A DNA stretch of 63,557 bases, the filler included, from Bigelowiella natans CCMP2755 (taxonomy: Eukaryota; Protista; Cercozoa), in the NCBI GenBank assembly GCA_000320545.1. It is 5 parts of 5 records of this genome, joined end to end, with 100 filler letters (N's around TTAATTAATTAA, not from the genome) between each part and the next. Parts side by side here need not be neighbours in the genome. Positions count along the whole stretch, not along the records: positions 52,528 to 55,749 come from ADNK01003657.1; positions 55,850 to 63,557 come from ADNK01001870.1; 3 more parts are not named here. The stretch is one strand, 5' to 3'. Positions 53,751-63,557 of this stretch are shown here, piece after piece (within the stretch, counting starts at the first letter, position 1; each line of letters starts with the position of its first letter). Under the pieces are notes generated by a model. The model was not told the origin of the DNA, ran no database searches, and was given only the letters and a program-made list of their open reading frames with translations. Position numbers and translations under genes: made by a program.

Positions 53751-55316
53751 GGCTTTGATATATGCTACTATCGAAATTCCAAGAAGTACCACACAGCGAC
53801 GTTTACTATCCACTCGCGCCATAAGGTGAGAAGGGATGAATGGAAGCGGGAGGGGGGGGGGGAGGTGGTTTCCGCCATTTGGTCAGAATAGAGAGTCGTG
53901 ATGTGATGAACACGGGTGATAATATTGCTTGTTTGGCGTGCAGGATGATACTCTTTACCTGGCTTATTGCTACCCGTATACCTACTCGGATCTTCAAGCT
54001 GATCTCGGTGTTAATACGCGCGCGCACACACAGAGAGAGATAGAAGAGGGGGGGGGGGGTGCAAACTGTGAGGTGATTGCAGTAATAATTGTGTGATAGA
54101 ATGCATTATTTGATATCCTACCCCTCATCATCATCATCATCATCATCATCATTATAGACAACAAACTTTTATTGTTGGCATTTTTCGTTCTCATCCCCCA
54201 TCCCCCCCCCACCCCCCTCCTCCTCCTCCTCCTCCCTACCGTTCCTTCAATTTTAGCTCGATACGAAAGCAATGCTTATATGCGGAATTATATACGGCGT
54301 CGCGTGCTCTGTGAGACGTACGTGGCTCTCACTATCACGGACGAAATTATCGTTCCTACATTTATCTTCCAAGCAGCGCATCCATCCATCTCGTCTCTGC
54401 TGTCATCATGCAATATACGCACACATAACATGCAAGTAGTCACGCAATTGGTAAATTCAGGGAGGGGGTAAATTAAGCAGTGATCCTCTGCGCTTTTTGA
54501 TTCCCCGATTTAAACTTCCATAACCCCCCCCCCCCCCCCCGCCCGCGCCCGCGCGCGCACACACTTTTCTTCGCTCCGCTCATTATCTCCGCTGCTGCCC
54601 TTCCTCCCCCCTCCTCCTCCTCCTCATCCTCATCCTCCTCATCCTTCTTCTTCCTCTTCTTTAGGCTTTGTGGAAATGACTGTGACGTGTTAACTATAAC
54701 GGACTTCGATTGTTCCAATGAAGAGATCAAAAGCCGCAGGGCTATTGTGGCTTCGGCCCGAGTGCATCCTGGAGAGAGCAATGCCTCGTGGATGATGAAG
54801 GGCCTCATAGAATTCCTTCTAGGGAAGTCTTCCAAGGTACGTGCGCGTGTGTTATGCAGGGAGGGGGCGGGGGAAGGAAGCAAGCTGGAAAAACGTCTAG
54901 ATCCTTTAAATGGTCTATTGTACACTATGTGATGCTCTGTTTCCAAGGAAAACTCATTTGATTGTGTTGGTTGGGCTCTGTAGGCGGCGTCTTTGCGGAA
55001 GAGGTTCCTGTTTAAGATAGTGCCTATGCTCAATCCCGACGGGGTAAATCTCTTCGCTGTATGCATCATCCACTTGCGATATGTTGCGAGATATTGCGCG
55101 TGTGTGTGCGTGCGCGTGTGTGTGTGTGTGTTTAGTATGTTCATTATTTGGCGCATTGGTTAGGTCGTGTTGGGGAATTACAGATGCGGCATTGCAGGCC
55201 ATGATCTCAATAGATACGTACGAATTACATCCCATGTTCACTTGGAACTCTTTTCAACACAAAGATGAAATATGTACACACATACACACACACACAGACA
55301 GACAGACATATATGTG

Positions 55317-55354
<38 letters not shown>

Positions 55355-55374
55355 CATACATATTTATAAATATT

Positions 55375-55413
<39 letters not shown>

Positions 55414-55664
55414 TTCAGTGGAGCGTCCCCCAGAAGGATCTTCACCCGGGGATAGTTGGCATTAAAAACCTAATCAAACAACTCTCCATATAGAGAGAGC
55501 TCAAAATAACCACCGATCTACATGGCCACTCAAGGGCGATGAACATCTTCATGTACGGCTGCAACCACGACGGGGATCCAGACAAGCGCTTGCAAGAGCG
55601 TGTCTTCCCTCTGCTGCTCGAGGCCAATTCCCCTGTCTTCAAGTTCTCCAGTTGCCACTTCAAG
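52728..55664 (+). CDS. Cytosolic carboxypeptidase (CCP/Nna1/AGBL, M14D tubulin deglutamylase), internal fragment
   Basis: PDINTNSYAQWFYFSV, YKFNIINMLKSDSLFN, YLAYCYPYTYSDL, SARVHPGESNASWMMKG, FKIVPMLNPDG|VVLGNYRC...DLNR, DLHGHSR...IFMYG (Zn-binding motifs). Truncated by gaps on both sides. Confidence 0.92.
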
Positions 55665-55749
55665 GTAGCAGCAGCAGCAGCCCATCTCTTCGCATATGAA
55701 CACACAACGCGCATTACACAAAGGAGCCAAACAACACTCCTCGCCCCCC

Positions 55750-55849
55750 NNNNNNNNNNNNNNNNNNNNNNNNNNNNNNNNNNNNNNNNNNNNTTAATTA
55801 ATTAANNNNNNNNNNNNNNNNNNNNNNNNNNNNNNNNNNNNNNNNNNNN
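55750..55849. other. Artificial assembly linker
   Basis: 100-bp N/TTAATTAATTAA/N. Confidence 0.97.
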
Positions 55850-55866
55850 TTGACTAGCACTAGCAA

Positions 55867-55975
<109 letters not shown>

Positions 55976-56026
55976 GCACTCAGACATGTCCATTACACGT
56001 TATGCTAATCGGAGTTACAACTACTA

Positions 56027-57220
56027 CCTGGCATTCTAGAAGTAACTCCATCGAGCTTCCCCTCTTCGCCATCTTCATCAGTCCAGACAATCCATTCTCT
56101 CGCGGCTTACAGGGATCAATTCCCTAACGAGAGGGAATAAGTAGTACTGCGTTTCATTACTATCTCTACACGGTGTCCTCAAATGACTGTGACCGTTATA
56201 TACACCCTTGAAGGAGAAGCATAAAAAGAAACATTAAAGAGATCCACCTGGAGCGAGTTGATCGTAACCCTGATGTTCGTCTCGATGTCCGAAAGGAAGT
56301 AGAACTCAATCTGCTGAGAGGATTCATCCAATTTAGAGAAATATAAATATGGAAGTCGCGAATACGCTAGTTTCATATCGAACGACTCGCCATTCTAGCG
56401 TATGCACGCGCTCCGATGATAGACAAGCCAAGATATTTGTGTCTTTGCACAAGAACCCCCAGGCATAGAAAATTGAAAGCAAAGGACATTTCAATCCCGA
56501 TTAATTTGAAACAGTATTCTTAATTCCCCTTCCATTTCTCCCTGTTGCTACCAATATGTATTATCCCATCCACCACCAAAATATTGACCATGAGGATGCT
56601 GTACCTTCGCAGATTTCTCAGGACTCTTGGCCGACATAGTCTCAGCTTTTTAGCTCTTAGTATATCCTTCTAGTCCATGCAATTTCCCTGTTTCTTTCTT
56701 CGCTTTAATGTATGCCGTGGCAAGCACTCCGCTCAAGTCACTAGCTGCCTAGCTACTCAGCCTCATAAGCCCCATGGAAAAATTATTCGGCGCTTGTTTA
56801 TTTCAATTTATGTTGTCGTAGGAAGAAACTAAAGAGGATTTCAATACATTGTACCATAATTTTACTGTAGTAATCTGGTATCAGTACAATCTCATCTTAC
56901 GACAAATATAGAATAATTGTCTCAGCGGAAAACATAAGGAGCAACTTTTGTCATGACTGACGTAGGCGGCAGACATAATTGAGATGAAAATTTCATCTTT
57001 GTTGTTGTGAAAGACATCGATATTTTCTTGTCGCTCTGATTAAATTACGGCTTAACGATGGGCTCGAAGGTCGGACGTCAGCAATCCGGCTGGGAGAGTC
57101 AGCCCAGGATGGAGAAATCTTATCATAGCAAGTGTAATATTCACTATATAATTGATATACGACAGGGAAAAAGATCTAAAACTTCCCAAATTTGGCGTTA
57201 TTAGGAAGATCTCGACATGC
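56027..57220 (-). CDS. 5' exons of a hypothetical gene running into the gap; boundaries uncertain
   Basis: GT-AG-bounded open segments, e.g. QIEFYFLSDIETNIRVTINSLQ (~56312-56247) and GIDPCKPRENGLSGLMKMAKRGSSMELLLECQ. Confidence 0.3.
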
Positions 57221-57578
57221 ATGTATCTGAATTCTCGAATCTCAGGAGTTCAAAAAGGTTAGCTGCTCGTGGTCACCCCCCCCTCTCAGTAGACATATTT
57301 TCACTCCGTTATTTATTTTTGCGTTGGATTCGTTTGTAGAAATATCTTGCCGAACCACAATTTCGACTGATGTGTCCATTTCAAATTATCACTTGCAAAA
57401 CGGCGCCAGGACAGAGTTGTCGGAACGTGCGATAATTAATTGCTGCCACTGTAGCCGAAAGGCAGACAGCTTTCATGCTTCCTTTTACGATAATTCGCAG
57501 CGTACCCTTGCTTTGCGGGGGAAATCATTCGTATTGACGGACATTACTGCATTGTGAATATTTATACGAACTGAGCAG

Positions 57579-60500
57579 ATGACGCTTCTGGTACCTCGGG
57601 CTTATTCCGTGGTCCAGCTGGCTCTGGTCGCACGCTCAACTCCCCTGAAACAATTAACATCCCTTATCCACACACAAAAAAATATGTCGTCACCCAAAAG
57701 GAATTCTACCGAATTCTCACAAAACTGTCCGCAAAAAGACTGACCCTGGCTTGAATACCGTACACATCTCGCCTCAGGTTCTTTGCTGGGGATCCTCCGG
57801 CATATATGGAACCGAGCAGCTGAGCGCTGTCGAGTTACGAAAAAGAGGGAACGAAGCGCTATCGAAAGGGAATAAAAACCTCGCTATCAACTACTTCTCC
57901 AAGTTGATCGCAGTCGAGCCGAAAAACGAAGCTAATTACTGGAAGCGCGCAAGTGCGTATATGCGGTTCCGCAACAACGCGGCTGCGCTTAGCGATCTCG
58001 ATAAAGCTCTCGAGATTGACCCCAAAATGGTCAAGGCGTACATGAACAGAGCAAAGTAAGAAATATATCGCACAACATTGGGAGAATAGAAGATATTAGG
58101 TGGCGTGTCTCCACGCCAAATCCACACACACACACACACACACACATACATACATATATACACACACATAAACATTAACACAAACTCACACCGTATGGCG
58201 GCGACGACGGCCACAGAAATGATCCTCCCATGTACAGCCATGCGTCCTTGAATTACATTGTTTGATTTCATTAAGTGGGTTCGTAACAGCCAGATCGATG
58301 GACGTCATGCGAAGCTCGATCTTACCTTCTAATAATCAATTGACAGGCTCCGCATGCGCACAAATGGTGACTGCAAAGGGGCACGTGGAGACTACGAAAA
58401 AGTTCTGGAGCTGAAGCCGAACAAGAAAGGCATTAGGGTGAAACAACACGTTGTGCTTGTTGCGGTGGAATCGGCTATGAATCGTTCGATGCCGTGTCTC
58501 TGAATGCGCACCGTTTTGTTGGGATTTTCAGGAGAAGGAATTACCGAAGCTGGAGCAATGCTCGCACTTTTTAGATCAAGTGGAGGTGCATTCTCCCACC
58601 CTCCTCCCTTTTCCACTCCACCTATCCTTCTTCCCTCCCTACCTTCATTTGGAGGAGGAGGGAAACAGGCCTTACCCATGTTATGTTGTGATTCTTGTTC
58701 TGTGTTGCTGCTGTCATCTACCCTGCTGCGTACGAATCTCGCTCTTCATCTATATTCCAGGCTGCGCTACGAATTGGGGACTGCCACGGTGCCAGCGGGC
58801 CTATGAACGCGGTTCTTGATATCGCAGGTGTGTCATTAGGAACCTCCAGATTTGAGATGCATATATTCTCGTGAGCGCATGCTTCCCAACAATACGAACA
58901 AAAACTCATTCCGTTTCGTGTCTTTTCCCCTCCTCCCCCCTCCCTCCCCACCTCCCCCCTCTTCTCCATCCCATCGACGACAATGGGTAGCTGAGAACGC
59001 GCAGCTACGCATGAAAAGGGCCGAGTGTGCCCTGAAAACGGGCGACCTGCAGGTGGCTATGCTCGATACGAGACACATCCTCACAAGAAACAAGAACAAT
59101 TTAGAAGCCATCGCGTTGCGCGGGCAGACGTACTACATGCTCGGTGACATAGAAGTGGCTATGAACCAATTCAAGGTGAATATGAAATGCTTCGTCCGTC
59201 TCCTTCTTCCCCCCCCCCCCCCCTTAAGCACCACTAACGCTGCCTTTACCCTTTCATCAATCCACAGGGAGGACTTCGATCTGACCCCGGGCACAAAAAG
59301 CTCAAGAAGATGTATAGGGAAGTGAAAAAGGTAGCAAAAGTGGTGGTTTTTTAGGGAGGGGGGGGGAGGGGGGTACTCGCAGGCTCTTCGGGTAGGAGTT
59401 CCCTCATTGATGCGGTCGCCGACAATTTGCCGATAAGAACAAAAGATGATGGCTATATATCTTCATTGTCGTTGCCAGCAGCCTCCTTTGAACCATGCTG
59501 CCACCGCCGGTTTTATTAGGTTTTCAAGCGCATGCAGGCCGGTGATAGGCATATGGAGGCCAACGAGCACAAGGAAGCCGCGGCTGAGTATCTTGAGGCG
59601 CTGAACTTAGATCCACAACATCCGGCGAATAGGCCGAAACTCATGGAGAAAAGATGCCAGGGTAAGACCTTCGTGTCGATAATGAAGGACGTCCCCCCCC
59701 CCTCCTCTTCCCCTATCATCATTTCCGAGCCCTTTGTTTCACGTTTTAGTTTCATCGCGACGATTTTAAGGTTTTCATAGTCGATCTATCACCACCCATC
59801 AGCTTTAGTGAAGGCGGAGGAGGGGCCAGACGCCGTGGCGTCGTGCATGGAGGCTTTGGCCGAAGACCACGAGAACGTCGAGCTTAGATGCCTCCTAGGT
59901 TAGATCGAATCCCATAGATAGAAAAGAGAGCGGGGGGGGGGGGGGGGGTGTAGGAGGAGGAGGAGGAGGAGGAGGAGGAGGAGGACATCTTTCCCTCTCC
60001 TCGTCACGCAGAAATCGTATTGCTGCGTGCTTTCCTTGTTCCAATGGCGTGTACTTCGTTGTCGTGCTCAGGGGATGCTCGCCTTGCGAATGAAGAATAC
60101 GAGGAGGCGGTGAGGGAATACGAGCGTGCGGCACAGCAGGTGTGTGCGAGTAGTTGTAGTAGTAGTAGTAGTAGTAGTAGTAGCATGAGTAGCTAGGGGA
60201 ACATGATCATCCCTGTTGTTGCTATGATTCTCATCACCATCATCTTCCCCCCTCCTCCGTCATCATCATCCTCCTCCTCTTCCTCCCCCTGCCATCATCA
60301 TCATCATCACCATCACCACCATCATCTCAGGAGCCCCAATCGAGGCGAGTGCATGAAGGGCTGGAGAACGCGAAGCGAAGACTGCAGATGAGCAAGAGGA
60401 AGGTCTCTTATTCGCTTAGACAATATAGGTTTACAACAAAATTGGTCGTCATCATCCCCACCTACCTCGCCTCCTTATCTTGAAACGCTTTTTGCTCCTC

Positions 60501-61078
60501 CCCATCCTCTGCCCCCCTCCCCCCCCCCCCTCATTTTCTCAGGACTACTACAAGATCCTCGGTGTAAAACGCAACGCCGATGAGCGCGAGATCAAGCGCG
60601 CGTTCCGCAAGCTGGCACTGAAGCTCCATCCCGATAAGGTGGGGATGAGGGTGTGATGCTTCCGCCTCTCGTCACTGCACAGAGAGAGGGAGAGAGAGAG
60701 AGGAGAGAGAGAGGAAGGGAGCGTTTACGACAAATCTTTTCAGAAGATACAAGCACCCTTGCGATATAGAACGAGGGGAGGAGAGGAGGGAGGAGTGCAT
60801 CTTTTTCAAAACCTGTGTTTGCTTAGTGACAACGACGACTTCCAACCGAAGGAGTATTCGATCGGTTCTTGTTTTGTATAATCTGCCCTCTCTCACCCTT
60901 TTCCCCCAGGTGCCGCCTGACGAGCAAGAAGAGGCAGAGGCCAAGTTCAGAGAGATAGGCGAGGCTTATGAGGTGTGGACAAGGGATGGCGGAAAGAACG
61001 GGGGGGGGGGAGGGGAATTAATTTTGTGTAGCTGCAGCATAACACACACAACCACACACACATACATAAGAATCCTAA

Positions 61079-61121
<43 letters not shown>

Positions 61122-61479
61122 TGTCACGAAATTATCATTGATATTTCAATCTCTTCTCAGGTGTTGTCAAACGAGGAGGCTCGTGGAAAGTACGACAGAG
61201 GCGAGGACGTAGAGGTGCAAGGACGGCCTCAGGGACACGGATTCCCAGGAGGATTTCCATTCGGCGGCGGTAAGGAAGAACGACACGTTTTTAGACAATA
61301 CAGCTTCTTCCCCGCCCTCCTTGTCGTTGTTATCGCTCCACCGTTGACACGTTCGTAATCTCGATGATCTCATCGTCATCACCATCATCATCATCATCAT
61401 CATTCATCATCATCTTCTCTTAGGAGGGTTCCAAGGATTCCAGCAGGGCGGGCACACCTTCACGTTCCAGTTTAGATAA
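57579..61479 (+). CDS. DNAJC3: DnaJ homolog subfamily C member 3 (P58IPK): ER TPR + J-domain co-chaperone
   Basis: Signal peptide, TPR exons ([12 protein letters not shown]...YWKRASAY...[13 protein letters not shown]; [10 protein letters not shown]...), J domain [32 protein letters not shown]...[10 protein letters not shown]|[16 protein letters not shown], and a G/F-rich tail ending HTFTFQFR*. Confidence 0.93.
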
Positions 61480-61629
61480 AGGGAAGCGGATGGTAGTATT
61501 GAGGAGAGGGCGCAGCTGCGGTATGGGGAAGACTTTGACTGTAATTCGCTCCTTTGAGCGGTGCGTCTCTTTCATAATTATGTAGAAGATATTAAAAAAA
61601 AAAAAAAACGAAATCTGACCGACAGAGCA

Positions 61630-62060
61630 TAGGCACGCAAAAAATGCATGTGCGGCAAAATGTACGGGTGCTACCGTAGACAGTCTAATTTCACTAAGAC
61701 ATGTCACATGGTTACAGTACAGCTACGCTCGGAAGGAGCCAGTCTAGCTAGCTAGCAGCATGCGCTGCTGTTCGATCACGCCATGCATTGACGCATTGAC
61801 TAAGCAACTGGGCAGCCAGCTGCTAATCTATATAATAAAAGGCGTAAGGGCAGCATGCCGCGCAAACTGCTATCGCCTACACATTGTTCGACTGATGACA
61901 GTGGCGTGATGCATGCATTGGCCTATTCAGAGCTAGAGAGCACACAAAACTAGCAAAAGTCCATGCTGTGAGATATGTTGCTCCGCGTTGCTAGCTTGAT
62001 AAACACAACTTGGGCTCTCTAGCTCTTGGTGTTATAGTGTTGCATGATTAATGGTCATGC
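61630..62060. other. CTAG/TGCA-rich island between convergent DNAJC3 and hypothetical gene
   Basis: (CTAG)3 at 61744-61755; dense CATG/TGCA/AGCT. Confidence 0.6.
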
Positions 62061-62062
62061 CG

Positions 62063-63350
62063 TTACACCTCAAAGTGCATCCCCATGGACACTCCAGGCC
62101 GTGCGCTTGTGGCGTTGCGTCCCTCGGTAGATTTCTCCTCTACAGCTTCACTTAATGCACAAAGCAACGGTAAGATCTTTGCCATCGTTCGAGGGTCATC
62201 CATCGCACGAATCTTCCTGTACGATTTCTCGATGCTCTTCAGGCATATGTTCTGCAGAATCTGCGCGGTCTGGCTGAGCTTTCCACGCGGCCCTACGAAT
62301 ATACGAAAACAAGCGGGGATAGTAGTGGTGTGATTAATGATGGAGTGAACGACGATCTTGTGCAGTAGAAAGGTAGCAACATGTCAATTGGCAATTGTCA
62401 TCATTGTGGTGGTGGTGGTGGTGGTAGTGGTAGTGCACGTGTCTTATCCTCTAACATCTTCCGTTGTCGTCGGGTATAACAGATACAACAATTGTACACG
62501 TGGCGGTTTTAGGCATACACACCACAACCTTTCCTCTACAGCACCCCCCCCCATTCCCCTAACCCCCTCTCTACTAGTTGCAAATTCAAGAAAAACTTAA
62601 GAACTTACTTTGCATGTCGTCATCCTCATCCTCATCTTCCTCATCTTCGTCGTCTTCCTCACCATCCCTACGACGGCCTCCTTTGAGCGCCTCCTGCAAG
62701 TTGAAGCTCGATGATTGGCCTTGGCCCGTAGCTCCGTCCTTCGTGGCTGCTCCCGAATCGCCGACACCGTCTCCTGCCGCGCTTTCTTTCCCCTTGGCAT
62801 CGCCGTCAGCCTTGCCACCAGTCTTATCTATATAGCACACACACACACACACACACATACACACACACGCACGCACACGCACGCACAAGCACATATTCAT
62901 ACAGTCTTTGGATTCATTATATGGCATAATCAGCGTCAGCATCAGTATCGCCACACAATACTACTGCGGCTACATTCTACTACCACAACGACGACGACGA
63001 CGACGACGACTACTACCTTGCCCATCAATCTCCATTGCGTTGCTGCTGCCGCTGCTGCTCTTCTTCTCAGCGCTCCCGCCCTTTTCTTCTCCTGCGGTTT
63101 CCGCACCCGAAGAGGCACGTTGCTGCTGCTGCTGCTGCTGCTGCTGTCGATAGGTGTAGGAATCGTAAACACCATGCATGCCAGCCTCCCGGTAATGGTG
63201 AGGCATGAAGCCGCTGCTGGCTCCGTAGCCAAAGGGAGATGAAAATGGCATGCCCCTGCTAGCGTGCAGCCTAGGTGCCGCCCAGTCAGGAGAATGGCTG
63301 TGCATCATCGACGATGCACCCAGCCCGAAGTCAGACGAGGACCCAGCTCC
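62063..63350 (-). CDS. 3' exons of a hypothetical low-complexity (G/S/Q, acidic) protein continuing beyond the window
   Basis: Open GT-AG exons DGAGSSSDFG...QQQQ...EIDGQG, DKTGGKADG...EEDDEDEED, and a last exon ...QILQNICLKSIEKSYRKIRAM...HFEV* (TAA 62063-62065). Confidence 0.6.
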
Positions 63351-63498
63351 GTCCTGGTGGTTGTGTTTGGGGGAGGGGGGGGGATGACGATGATCAGATG
63401 AAAAAAGAGAGATGATGGTGCTAATGTCGGGTGTACGCGTTCGTTGTCGCTAGTTTCGAACTTGGAGATTAGAAGAAGAAGGGGGGGGGGGAGAGGCG

Positions 63499-63547
<49 letters not shown>

Positions 63548-63557
63548 AGGGGTAGTG

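Noticed and set aside
56247-56312. QIEFYF as a La-motif RNA-binding domain
   Set aside because: The match is too short, and the following residues and neighbouring exons do not continue the La motif.

Overview
Eukaryotic (protist) nuclear DNA from a draft assembly. It consists of five pieces joined by 100-bp N/TTAATTAATTAA/N linkers, and the genes next to the linkers are mostly cut off. The window is gene-dense and intron-rich, with almost exclusively GT-AG introns, many filled with microsatellites, so most six-frame ORFs are spurious. Exons spliced by hand give a GCR1/cAMP-receptor-like GPCR, a DDM1/HELLS SNF2 remodeller, a class I-type PI3K (RBD+C2), a calredoxin with a bipartite plastid-targeting leader, a universal stress protein, an ATP6AP2-like protein, a DUF389 protein, a MAPK C-terminal half, a secretory sulfotransferase, a catalytically degenerate PIP5K, a cytosolic carboxypeptidase (with an in-frame TAG), DNAJC3/P58IPK and several hypothetical genes. 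Genes alternate strand almost strictly. The main unexplained signal is that every tail-to-tail junction holds a microsatellite-free 0.3-1 kb island rich in CTAG/TGCA/CATG/AGCT palindromes, with shared (CTAG)2-3 and CTAGACG motifs. The calredoxin leader suggests an alga with a complex plastid of green origin, such as a chlorarachniophyte (inference). All family assignments come from recognising motifs by eye; no database searches were run.
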